DNA of 64,000 bases from Octopus bimaculoides (lineage: Eukaryota). The notes beneath the pieces are model-generated. The model was not told where the DNA came from. It saw nothing but the letters and a program-made list of their open reading frames with translations, and did no database searches. Position numbers and translations under genes: made by a program. Location of the stretch: NCBI RefSeq assembly GCF_001194135.2, contig NC_068992.1, forward strand, positions 55,103,121-55,167,120, in the 5' to 3' direction. Below, piece after piece: positions 11,370-23,590 of the stretch. Position 1 is the first letter of the stretch, and each line of letters starts with the position of its first letter.

Positions 11370-12000
11370 TCGAATTACTTTTCGAATATGCAGTGGCAAT
11401 GATAATGCGATTCTACATGCCAGTCTATGTCGGACACGTTCGTTCCTTTCTCTCATCTAAGTGTTAGAGTTGTTTTCCAGATGTTTATGAGCGTCTGAAT
11501 ACCAGTAATTAATGTAATAGTCAGTTTTGTCGGATGTAGACGCTTCAGCAGCTATGAGTGAGGAATAGAGTCAAATGCCTTCCTTTACTCAAGCCATGAT
11601 CTAACAAGGCTCCTACTAGATTTTCCCATCAGACAGTGTAGCTTTGTTTATCAAAAGTTATTCGGCACATCCCCCACATTCTTTCTTTCCACTGTCCTGC
11701 TTAACAGTCACTGTATTGTTGGACTTAAAATGAGCCTAGAGAAATTGGTTGAGGCAGCTTGTGCACAGTTTGTACATAATGTTTAGGCAAGCAATGGGCC
11801 TGAACATTTCCAATTTCCGAGTAGTATGTATGAGATCAAAAAGGACCACTCAGAGTGCCACTACGAACATAGGAAGATCATTTAGTTTTAAGATTTTGGT
11901 CAGAGTAGAAAAGAAAGGAGCAATCAAAAAAGAATTGGAAGGGCATTGTGACCAGCGATGTTAACAACATCCCACACTCTGGTCGATACAGTTATACAAT
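11370..12000 (-). mobile_element. Decayed R4/Dong-clade LINE reverse transcriptase fragment
   Basis: The minus frame reads FRPIACLNIMYKLCTSCLNQFL*AHFKSNNTVTVKQDSGKKECGGCAE*LLINK, matching the R4/Dong pattern YRPIxCLNxxYK...GGKK..GCxEQLLINK. Multiple stops and frameshifts. Confidence 0.75.
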
Positions 12001-12274
12001 AATATTGCATCATAAATCACAAAAGATAAGCTCTTTATTTCTAAGAACAAAATGAAAAGACAACGGAAAACTTGTACGTACTTATTATGAACCCCACAAA
12101 ACACGGGCTGAAACATGTTTAATGATATTTTAATTTAAGGAAGACAGATACATAAATACTTTTATTCTTATGATGCGATCTTCCAAATAATTACATATGA
12201 CATTTTTATCATTTAGTAAGTCAAAGAAAATTCAGAGTCATGAAATACTTGCCTGCTAAGGTTTTAATGCCATG

Positions 12275-12321
<47 letters not shown>

Positions 12322-13195
12322 AATATATATATATATATATATANNNNNNNNNNNNNNNNNNNNNNNNNNNNNNNNNNNNNNNNNNNNNNNNNNNNNNNNN
12401 NNNNNNNNNNNNNNNNNNNNNNNNNNNNNNNNNNNNNNNNNNNNNNNNNNNNNNNNNNNNNNNNNNNNNNNNNNNNNNNNNNNNNNNNNNNNNNNNNNNN
12501 NNNNNNNNNNNNNNNNNNNNNNNNNNNNNNNNNNNNNNNNNNNNNNNNNNNNNNNNNNNNNNNNNNNNNNNNNNNNNNNNNNNNNNNNNNNNNNNNNNNN
12601 NNNNNNNNNNNNNNNNNNNNNNNNNNNNNNNNNNNNNNNNNNNNNNNNNNNNNNNNNNNNNNNNNNNNNNNNNNNNNNNNNNNNNNNNNNATTTTATGCG
12701 TTTAAAACAGAAAGTTGATTGGAACCGATAATGTTATTTTCCATTTAATAATTAAATTGATTTTAAAAGAATAGAAGAGAAAAAAAGAAAAGAGAAGAAA
12801 ATAAAATAACGGATGAACGTTAAAAGGAAATTAAAACGTCTGATTTTTGATTAAAGTCAATAACTCCTTAGCTGAAATAATGATTAATTTGTGCAAATTT
12901 TTACCACTCTACGTATAAAAAAATCGTTCATCAGTTTATTGAAGAAGTCGATATCACACTTGAGTTTAATTAGGTGATTTGAAACTGCCATCCGATATAC
13001 AACAGATATACAACTACCACACATAGTAACACACTCTCACTATTTGCTTTCTTTTTTGTCTCTATCTCTCTCTGCCAATACGTGTCTCCCTGTTTTTCTC
13101 GCACACACCTAAGCATCGCTGTATGTATGTATGTATGTATGTATGTATGTATGTATGTTTGCATGTATGTGTGTATGAATTGTATATGAGAGAGA

Positions 13196-13252
<57 letters not shown>

Positions 13253-13696
13253 TGAGAGAAAGTGAGAGAAAGAGTGACAGACAGGCGGACAGAGAAAGAG
13301 TAATGAAGAGGAGCCAATCGGAACCGATCGATTAGTATTAAATGTATATTGTTTGCTTTTCCGAAATTCAATTATATGGCTAATATCAATAAAATATATT
13401 CCCTGATAGAGGATATATATATANNNNNNNNNNNNNNNNNNNNNNNNNNNNNNNNNNNNNNNNNNNNNNNNNNNNNNNNNNNNNNNNNNNNNNNNNNNNN
13501 NNNNNNNNNNNNNNNNNNNNNNNNNNNNNNNNNNNNNNNNNNNNNNNNNNNNNNNNNNNNNNNNNNNNNNNNNNNNNNNNNNNNNNNNNNNNNNNNNNNN
13601 NNNNNNNNNNNNNNNNNNNNNNNNNNNNTATAATATAATATAATATATATATATTCACTTACATGTACACATACATGCATAGGCACACATAGAAAG

Positions 13697-13698
<2 letters not shown>

Positions 13699-13770
<72 letters not shown>

Positions 13771-13800
13771 AAGAAGAAGAAGAAGAAGAAGAAGAAGAGA
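13699..13800. repeat. (AAT)n-(AAG)n microsatellite
   Basis: Seen directly. Confidence 0.95.
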
Positions 13801-14277
13801 TCACAAATGATTGTGGGAGAGAGAGGTTGTTAGTCTCAAGCATAAAATTGGTTTGTATAGATAACAAAATATAGATGACACTCGATCAGTAAGTCTTGGT
13901 AATTTCTTTGAAACATGTGTAATGCGCGCTTATCTAATCTGTCCCCTTTACTCCCTGATATATAAATATGCATTAATTGGCATACTACATCTATTTATGA
14001 CATTATCTGCAGTACATAGTAAATTTGAGAATATCTAACATAACATGAAGCTAACTCTCCGCTTCAACCACAGATTAGGCATATACCCATATATGCGTGC
14101 GTTTATATCTGTATATCTATCAATGTATCTACCTACCTATCTCCCTATCTACCAACCTACCTACCTACCTACCTACCTACCTACCTACAAACATACATAC
14201 CTACACTCACACCCATACACACCCATACACACACGCATACACATATACATATACATACATTTATATATATGTATATT

Positions 14278-14323
<46 letters not shown>

Positions 14324-14342
14324 CATATATGCATACATATTT

Positions 14343-14381
<39 letters not shown>

Positions 14382-14388
14382 CATACAT

Positions 14389-14449
<61 letters not shown>

Positions 14450-16829
14450 CTAGCTTACATTATCTAATTGTAGGCGAGTCGGTTTGTGATGTCTGTAAGA
14501 TATAAAGCGGGAGGAGCAACTGATAGTTAGAAAGAGTGTGTATGTGAGAGTGAGAGAGTAAGATTGCTATGCATCTTAGAAAGTCGAACTTGAGGATTTT
14601 ATTCCTTCTTTTTTTTCTGCAATCATGAGTTTGGTTATCATCACAACTAATTTATATACATCTTGAATACCGTGTCCTGTTTGAAACACTTGGGCCAAAT
14701 TCCGAATGAAAGAAATATATGTGCTAAATTTTCCAGACAATTGCTTCATGAAATAACAAATTAGGGGACGCTGATCAAGGAAACAATGACGAAAAAGAAG
14801 ACGAAGAGAACGACAAAGTTCAAGTGAAGTAATGGCTGAAAGAGCTAAATTAAATCAGTGCAAGAGATATCCTTTGTTGCTATAAAATGGACAAGGAAGC
14901 AAGAAAAATGCATATGAATGTGTGTTAATAGACTTAGTGCATTGCAAGTAGAAGTACTGAGAAAGAAAAGAATAAAAATAGAATTCCTCGCAGAAGTTCG
15001 TAACAACAACGCAGAGATAAAAAAAGTGGGGTCAGATAGAAAGAAAGAGATTTGCTGAAACGGGACAATTTCCATCTAAAGAAACAGAGGAAAGGGCGAA
15101 GAATATATAAAATGAAAATAGAATGAAAAAGGAAAAGGTATCGTTGGAGAAATCGAAGAAAAGTGAAGGATGAAAAATGAATTCAAAAAAATACAAACGG
15201 AAGAGAAAATGGAACTAACCAAGCTGGTTAACTGTACTAATATAAGGGACGAAACATATCTGTTCGAGTGAACGAATGATGATATAATAAATATCTGATG
15301 CAAACTCGTATATTTATTACAATGAATGACATTTGCTAGTTCTGTATGTCACTGAAATATATATCAAAAGAACAACTCCAACAAAGGAGGGAGAAAATAA
15401 GAGAAAAACTTTCTGAATTGAGATGTTATTATATGAAAAAGAAGAAGATTAGGAGAAAGCCTGATAGGCAACAGCTATCTGCTCGCAGAGAAATTACAGA
15501 GCAACATAAAATAAGTAATGATGCATTTCAAGAAAGTGAACATAATTGTGGAAAAGTAGAAATAATGTATGAGTGTTGTGGTTCATAAAACGTCCTACTG
15601 ATTGGAAATTTGAAGTTTTGTTATTGTACCAAAGGAATTCCATGCATATTTGCCCCTTTTAATGAATAATCCAGCACATATACATTATCAGATCTTGCAA
15701 GACATTACGTATTATCATTCACATTTGCATGTATGAGAACGGATATTTTTGGACCTATTCGATGGAGACATTGTTTCTGAGTACATAGTAAAATCTATCA
15801 TCGTGCATCTAACTTGCACTTAAACGATGATGAAGAGCGATACTTGATACAACTCTGTATGTTAGACACCAGCGAAGAAGGTAACACTAGAAATAGGTAG
15901 CAGAATATAATCATGGTTCCCTAAATGAAATTAATGAAAATCTCGACAATTTCGTTTGAGATTATAATTATTTGGAAAAACGTATCAAACAAGAGAACCA
16001 AGCGCGAGGAAGAATAGAAATTACAATAGAAAATAGACATTTACCCATCGAAAATGTAGTATTTAAGAGAGTTCTGAATTCAACGTAAGATGATGCAACT
16101 TACCAGTCGTTGAAGAAGCAGCCATAATATTTACGCATAAAATAAAAGAAGTTTCGTTTGAAAATATTTTCGTGTGATAATATTTAAATATACTTGTGAT
16201 TAATTTAAGTATTCTTATTTTAATCTTAGACTATGTAACATATAATTTATCATATCTATTTGGAGATCCTGGCTGCTAGCCAAATATATAGATAAACATA
16301 GCTGTGTCTTCAATGCAATGTAATTATCGTATTAAAACATAAAGTAACACAGGCTATAGTCAGGTAACATCTGAATCCAACTTTCTATGGCAGAATACAT
16401 TTCAAGCAGTGAGCTGTGGATTGTTATTTCCGAGGTGAGGCAAATGACTTTATGTACGTTCACAACAACAATAGCGGAACAGTATAAAGGATTATCTGAC
16501 CATTTATTTAATCCAGCTTACCATACTGATGTACTTGCGGTGAACAGTAATATAAACTTCATCTATTCAAGGTTCCCTAGGCAACATAGGAGAGCGCTAC
16601 CTTGATGACATAGCCATAGTGAAAGAAGTATGAAATCCAAACATATTTCTAACCTAAAACGGGCAAAATCCGTAAAAGTCTCTTTGTCAAACTCCTGGCA
16701 GACAATAAGAACCTGGATAGCGCGATATATATCTCTAAATATATTACATAAAGTTAACAGGAGGCTATTTTACGGTATTACATAAAAGTGGCTTTCATCT
16801 CGGTCATATCTTAATCACAAGATAATATT

Positions 16830-17041
16830 GGTTTCAGATTTTGGTCTAAGGCCAGCAATTTCGTTGGATGTTATAATTCGATTACATCGACTCCAGTGAT
16901 CAATTGATACTTATTTTATTGACCTCTAAAGGATGAAACGCAAAGTGGACCTCATCGGAATTTGAACTCAGAACCTAAAGACAGACGAAATGCCGCTTAG
17001 AACTTTGCCCGGCGTGCTAACGATTCTGCCGGCTCGCCGCC
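16830..17041 (-). mobile_element. SINE family B
   Basis: The minus head reads ggcggcgagccggcagaatcgttagcacgccgggcaaagttctaagcggcatttcgtc...ttctgagttcaaattccg. Confidence 0.9.
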
Positions 17042-17099
17042 ATGAATCACAAAATAATATTGATAAGATAGTGTAAGGCAGTGTGTAAAATAAGTAAGC

Positions 17100-17290
17100 A
17101 CACAGAGCAAAATGTTTAGCCGCATTTTGCCCGTCTGTATGTCCTGAGTTCAAATTCCCCTGAGGTCGATTTTGCCTTCTATCCTTTCGGAGTTAATAAA
17201 ATGAGTACCAGTTGATCACTGGGGTCGATGTAATCGAATAATAATCTACTATGGAATTACTGGCTTTGTGCCAAAATGTGAAAACGATAT
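17100..17290 (+). mobile_element. SINE family B
   Basis: gcaaaatgtttagccgcattt...ctgagttcaaattcc...gtaccagttgatcactggggtcgatgtaatcg. Confidence 0.85.
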
Positions 17291-18869
17291 TGATAAAATA
17301 GTGTGTGTGCTGAATTTTCTAATCCTGAAACCTGCCCTGTACTTCACGAAATAGTGCTAAGATATATGATACATGGACCATATGAAGGCAATAATCCAGA
17401 TGAACCATGCGTAGCCAATTGTAAGGTTACAAAAACTGTATCCCAGGGAATATATGATAAGGTAGATGCTAATTTGGATGAGTATCCAATATATGAGCAG
17501 TAAAGAACAGTTTGAGTTTTATACTGAAATAGCAGACGATTATGCTTTCAATAAAGGAACATATCAATGGAAATGTAGAAAACAAACAAACAAAATTATA
17601 CTAGAAATTTATTTTCAGCTCAAGGGATATTGTAAAGGTTCACATTTTTCTATCACTACTGCATATTTCAGGCAATACAAATTTTGAAGATTTGTGAAAT
17701 GTTAATGGAGAAGCATTTCAAAAATTCCAGAAGGTAAAGGAAAACCACAATTTATTTACAATCGTGTGTAGATGAGGTGTCTAGAAGAAGATGCAAGCGT
17801 TGATAAACAATCTCAGTGAAAGTCAATCTAGGCATTGATATATGTACTTAACAATCCATAAACGCCTGTAAAATTGTATAATATGACTATGCACTCATCG
17901 AAAACTTTCCTATAATATACCTGAGATATACCTCTGTTGAAAAGTCTGCAAATGAAAATTTGACATCTGATTGCATTGTCTTAGTTATAATATTAGGTCT
18001 ACTACATCCGGCCTTATATTACTTATAATTATCTATAATTATTCTCTTGAAACAAATAAGTTGTAGAAACAATTAGATGAGGAAAAGAGAGTAGTCATGA
18101 TTTCTCATTAGGGGAATTTAGGTCATGCAACTGATAATGGCAACACATGATTTTCCTATGCAAATAGAACTAATGAAACTGGAAAATACCTACTTTTACC
18201 ACACAGTCATTAGCTTCATATATGTCAGCAAATCATTACAATTGCAACAACTGGAATGGTTACTGATTTACTATGCACTGACTTTAAAAATCTATTAATA
18301 GTAACATCACTTTCAATAACGAGAATGCCTCTTTTGAAGCACGATATCTTCAGGATGCATTTGTTATCGCCGGTGAAGAAGCCTGTACTTTATGAAGTAA
18401 TTCATTGCGTGTCTTTGTTTTTATCTTTTACCTGTTTTTGTCATCGGACTGCGGCCATGCTAGGGCACTGATTTGAAAAGAAGAAACTCAGCGGAAATCG
18501 GACCAGAGAAGAGTAGTCAATATACCCGACGCCTCTAACAATTCCGCCACTTTATCTAAAGGTGATAATGTTTCACTGAGACAACAGGCTGCTGTTGCTA
18601 AGATTATCTCAGAAAACATCAATATCGACAGAGGAGGAACATGCACCAGAAATTCTTCATTACAGAAGCATGTGAACATCCTTCAACTCAGTGCACATAA
18701 GAAATGTTGGACAAGAAATTCTAATAGTTGGATCTTGATCATTGCTGAAGGGACTAAAAAGATTGTTTTATGATAACATACTTCCCTCGAATACCATGGA
18801 GTATGATTAACAAAGTGCAAGTAACATTTATGGGGATTCAATCAATATCAGCTATAACAATATCAGCTG

Positions 18870-19050
18870 ATAGAATCGTTAGCGCGCTTGACGAAATACT
18901 TAGCGGTATTTCGCCCGTTGCTACGTTCTGAGTTCAAATTCCATCGAGGCGCCGATAAAACAAGTACCAGTTGAACACAGGTGCCGATGTAATCGACTCA
19001 TCCTCACCTCCTCCAAGCTTCCCTTGTGGCAAAATTTCAAAATAATAATG
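18870..19050 (+). mobile_element. SINE family B, internally deleted
   Basis: agaatcgttagcgcgcttgacgaaatacttagcggtatttcg...ctacgttctgagttcaaattcc. Confidence 0.8.
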
Positions 19051-20044
19051 ATTATTAGTATTACTATTATTATGACAGTACTTTTTCTTTTGAGTTAGAC
19101 AGCATATGAAATAATATTCCCCTATAATCCATTGATTTTTTAAAATCCTTTCTGCTAGTATTTATAATTACAATGAATAAATTTCGAGTCTCAGTCTTTT
19201 GACAAAGCAGGATACAACTGTCAGCGTCTATGTTTCGTCCTGTGTTGCTATAGGTAGCTTTAAATAGGACGAAAAATCAACCACACTCGAAATCACGGAT
19301 ACCGCCTCACATGAAGCATGGGCTTCCTTTAGAAGATAATTGTGTTTTGGCACAAGAAAATGAATTGAAACATGAACTACTGACGTAAATTATAGGTTTA
19401 GATTATTACGATGCAAGTACTGACTTTTGTGCTGTTAACTAGACTATTGGAAATTAACAAAACTTCGTCATGAAAATATTCACTTTAGAAATGTTAGCTA
19501 AAATACGAAGACAAAACATGTCTGGGGTAAAAGACGTAACAAGTTCAAGAAAATAGTAATTAGTTTTGAGTAATTTCAATCATTATAGTTTTTATTGGTT
19601 TATTGTAAAGTAATAAATTGAATCTGACAATTTTAAATGAACTGATTGTATCTGTAATCTATAAGATTGCAGCAGTAATTTTTTAAGTTGTAAGTTGTAA
19701 TCATATAAAAAAATAGTAACAAATGAGTAAATAATTGTAGATAAATTGTTGGTGAAAATATAATGTTTTGAGGCTGGACGAAACTGGAGAGATTGATGTC
19801 ATTTAAATAAATACTTACCTAGTGAACATATAGCTAAAGTGAATTTTTAAAAATTCCTGACGACTTTTTCCCCACCGTCCATTATTATAGTATTACAACA
19901 TTAATGTAATTGAGAGTTAAACAGAATTATTTTTATTGACAACATATCCATTATAGATATTCGAAAAGCTTGTTTTATTTGATACTATTTTAAGTTATGT
20001 TGATTTTCAAAATTAGATTAATTTCCTTATTTTGTACAGGTATT

Positions 20045-20570
20045 AAGGCGGCTAGCGGGTAGAATCCTTACCGCGCTGGATAAAACGATAAGCAGCATTT
20101 CTTCCCGATCATTATCTTCTGAGTTCTTATCCATTTCGATCAAATTTTGCGTTTAATCTACCCAGGTGCTATGTCATTGATCATTTTCAAAATTACTGGC
20201 ATTGTGCGTAAATAAGAAACCATTATTTCCGGTTCTTTACATACTAAGTTCAAATCCCACCGAAGTCAACTTTGCCTTTCATCCTTTCAAAGACCCTAAA
20301 ATAAAACACAAGTCAAGTACTGGGATCGATGTAAAGTAAAGCCATTCCCCGCAAATATTGCTGGACTTGTGTCAAAAATAAAAACCGAAGGCCGTGAGTT
20401 GGAAGAGTTGTTATCGACGTCGGACAAACTTCTTAGCGCATTGCTTTCGGATCTTTACGTTGTGAGTTCAAATACCACTGAGGATGACTTTGCCGTTCAC
20501 TCTTTCGGATTCAATAAAATTAGTACCAGTCATGTACTGGAGTCGATGTGATCGACTCCCCACAGCACTC
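20045..20570 (+). mobile_element. Three degenerate head-to-tail SINE family B copies
   Basis: The B-box (ag/tg)ttcaaat motif and the gtcaactttgcc/gtaccagt body recur at about 20045, 20200 and 20390. Confidence 0.7.
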
Positions 20571-20624
20571 AAAATGAAAAGAAAAAAGTAATGTAATTAA
20601 AAAGAATAACATTTATAATTATTA

Positions 20625-20844
20625 TACGTTCAAGAGGATACTGAAAGCTCCTGGTTTCAAGGGTATCGCAAAATGCCTGACTTCGGGCCCAACCTTCCGA
20701 TTTCTTTTACAGGGTTTAGAAAAACTGAAGGGCCGCTGCAATAAGTGTGTGAATCTGAGAGTGGAATATGTTGAATAAAATCATAATTAACTGATCTTCT
20801 TGTATTTTCTTTTACCCAAAGGAACTTTTCAACATCCACTCGTA
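20625..20844. mobile_element. Tc1/mariner-derived MITE
   Basis: The ends resemble tacgaggggNtactgaaaagttcc...ggaacttttcaacatccactcgta, with TA-flanked mariner-type TIRs. The left TIR is degenerate. Confidence 0.6.
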
Positions 20845-21235
20845 TATAGCGTTATAGAATATTACCCAAAATAGACCAGTATATACCAAAAGTTGAATTT
20901 CTCTTCATACGGTAACACTCTACTTATAATATTCTTTCTTTTATTTCTTAAAAAATGTCACACTAGTTTATATGGAATTAATAGTTTACATTTGTTTTAA
21001 TTTATAGTTAAACAATATTATTGTTATTAATAATATATATTAATTGCAAATACAAAAATGTGGAATTTCATGTATTTGATATTATTTTTAATGGGGAGTT
21101 TTAAATTTGATAATTAGTATTCATTTCTCTATTGTACATAAACACCATGGAAACTAAAAAGACATAAAATAACAAAGTTACAAATATTTAATTATAATAC
21201 TTGTAATTATTTTATCATAATACACACACACACAC

Positions 21236-21420
21236 AAGGTGATGTCCAAGAGTTCCCGGATTAATTATGTTTAATAAAAAACAACTTATTTTACTTAAAT
21301 TTTAACATCTCCTTCGAAATAGTCATATTGTGCAGCAATTCACCGGTCCCAGTTTTTCTGCCACTTTTGGAATCCGACCTAGAAGCCGTTTTTTGTAAGT
21401 GAAGCGAGGACCGTGTGCTT
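21236..21420 (-). mobile_element. Mariner transposase C-terminal fragment plus 3' TIR
   Basis: The minus frame reads TVLASLTKNGF*VGFQKWQKNWDR*IAAQYDYFEGD (cf. the mariner FQxWxxRWxxCIxxxGDYFEGD end), followed by a TIR-like end (plus strand aaggtgatgtccaagagttcccgga). Confidence 0.75.
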
Positions 21421-21479
21421 CCATCTATTGGCGCGCTGAACAAACACTAGTTGGTTAAGTCGATTTGAGTTTAAGGCAA

Positions 21480-22045
21480 AGTAATGCAGCGAATATATGT
21501 CCATAAGTATTCAATATTATATGATGATCTGGCTACGCCCGCTGCTGTAGGGTGTTGCCTCCCTTGTCAGTCATTAAGACAGAGCTTTCGTGGCTATTGA
21601 ATTGTTTTGACCCTTATTTCTTGCAATACTGGTGCAGATTATGCTCTTAGTCACTCTAGCGACCTCTATATTTTTGCATTCAGGCTGTAAAATTGCGAAT
21701 AAGTCACCCATATTATTTATAATTTTCACTTTTACCGTTTATGAAATCAGCGTGTGATTTCAACGGAAATCTTATAAACTGACAAGGAGAGTTCAGTTTA
21801 ACCCTAGGCGTGATGAGAGCCACTGATGAGCATTAATGGAAATGCGAAATTATCTATGATCTGTCTATGCCCGTTACTTTAGTGAGGTTACCTCCTTTGT
21901 CAGTAATTAAGATAGTGCTTTTCGTGAATATTGAGTTGTTTTGACAACTCAATATTCTAGCAATACTGGTGCCGACTAGTGCCCTTAGTCACTATAGTGA
22001 CGTCTATATTCTGCCTTTCATCTGTAAAATTGCGAATAGACCATA
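21480..22045 (+). repeat. Diverged ~1.5-copy direct tandem repeat, period 332 nt (retrozyme-like)
   Basis: 21524-21705 aligns with 21856-22040. Shared anchors are atgatctg(g/t)cta(c/t)gcccg, ttgtcagt(c/a)attaaga, gcaatactggtgc, cttagtcact and ctgtaaaattgcgaata. Confidence 0.85.
21818..21866 (+). ncRNA. Type I hammerhead ribozyme
   Basis: Stem I 5' agcca; CUGAUGA (21823-29); stem II gcauu/aaugc with loop aaugga; GAAA (21846-49); stem III A-U, U-A, U.G, A-U with loop ucua; AUC cleavage triplet (C21861); stem I 3' ugucu with one mismatch, where the other repeat copy has the perfectly pairing uggcu. Confidence 0.75.
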
Positions 22046-22105
22046 TATATATATATGTATATATATATACACACCTATTCACACGCGCGCATATGTGTGT
22101 GTGTG

Positions 22106-22125
22106 TGAATAAATGCACACAGAAG

Positions 22126-22179
<54 letters not shown>

Positions 22180-22223
22180 GATCGATCGATCGATCTATCT
22201 AGCTAGCTAACTAGCTAGCTAGG

Positions 22224-22290
<67 letters not shown>
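22106..22290. repeat. Tetranucleotide microsatellite switching strand: (TATC)n-(GATC)n-(TAGC)n-(GATA)n
   Basis: Seen directly. Confidence 0.9.
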
Positions 22291-22291
<1 letters not shown>

Positions 22292-22771
22292 AAGATGCCA
22301 GTTATTGTTACTGAGTTTCTGAAAAAATAAGCTGTTATTCCTTAATACAGCATTGTAATTGCTTTATTTCTCTTTGGCATAGTTGAAAATAAACGTTCCA
22401 CCGTATAGATCCTGAAAGACACCATCAAGACTTGAGTAACACCTGATAACAAGCGAAAACCTAATCTTGTATTTCAGATAATGTGTGAAACAAAATATCT
22501 AGAAATGTTCACTTTTTTGTTTTGTTATACTTTTTTTCCGAAATTAATCTGGAGGTAAACTCAGTGAAAGATTTGTATCGTTTCTACTAAATATTTTCCG
22601 TTATCTTGGCACCAAAATTCTTCGATATAGGGAGCGTGTGATTAGCAATCTAAAAGATGTTTCAATTTTTACCGCTAATATTTTAACCGGAAACGTTTAA
22701 TTCTGCAAAATCCTTGTATCGAATATGTTAACCTTTTTAACAATTACCTTCATTCAACATTATCTTTTAAT

Positions 22772-22975
22772 TTATTTAATCTCATACCCTCAAACCAATT
22801 CGATATTCTATCCACCTATCCGTCCATTTTACTTATCTTCTACTTTATTTCATCTCAAAGCCTTAAAACAATCCGATATTTTATCCAACTATCCTTCCAT
22901 TTCATTTATATTCTACATTATTTAATCTCAAATCTTCGAACAAATTCGATATTCTATCCACCTATCCGTCCAATT
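22772..22975. repeat. 73-bp minisatellite, about 3 copies
   Basis: aattcgatattctatccacctatccgtcca occurs at 22797 and 22943 (identical), with a variant at 22870. Confidence 0.85.
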
Positions 22976-23186
22976 TCTCTGTCCGCTATTCCTAGGAGGT
23001 TTGTTAGGGTTGAGACTTCAGGTAGCTACTCAATGTTCATTAGGTTCGGATCAGGTGCAACTGTCATATTCACACACTATATTCACATACTATCTCTAGT
23101 CAACATATAGCCTTATTTGGCTGCCTTTTAAACTTGGAGTTAACCAGTCATTATATTTATATGACCAATGTATATTATCCATGTGA

Positions 23187-23590
23187 GCGCAGGCGTGGTT
23201 TGCTTCCCAACCACATCGTTCCGGGTTCAGTCCCACTGCGTGGCTCCTTGGGCAAGTGTTTTCTACTATAGACTTGGGCAAATCAAAGCCTTGCGAGTGG
23301 ATTTGGTTGAGGGAAACTGAAAGAAACCCGTCATATATATATATGCACATATGTCTCTGTGTGTTTATGTCTTTTGTTTCTGTGTTTGTCCCTCAATACC
23401 ACTTCACAACAGGTATAGGTGTGTTTATGCCCCCGTAACTTACCGTTTCAGCACAAGGAGCCAACAGTACTTACCAGGCTTTAAAAAGAAGAAAAAAAGG
23501 TACTGGGATCGATTCATTCGACTACAAAATTCCTCAAGGCGGTGCCCTATCATGACCTCTGTCAAATGACTGAAACAAGTAAAAGATGAA
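23187..23590 (+). mobile_element. SINE family A (CORE-like)
   Basis: gcaggcgtggtttgcttcccaaccacatcgttccgggttcagtcccactgcgtggctccttgggcaagtg ... caaatgactgaaacaagtaaaag. Confidence 0.9.

Larger units (their letters stand above)
15346..18290 (+). mobile_element. Decayed Helitron RepHel remnant, interrupted by SINEs
   Basis: Collinear motifs: CGKVEIMYECCG (~15546); KIYHRASNLH...QLCMLDT (~15790); GSLGNIGERYLDDIAIVKEV*NPNIFLT (~16570, Rep motif 1); KSGFHLGHILI (~16785, HUH-like, cf. KRGLPHAHILI); IDKIVCAEFSNPETCPVLHEIVLRYMIHGPY..NPDEPC (17290-17410); FEDL*NVNG (~17684). The boundaries are approximate. Confidence 0.85.
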
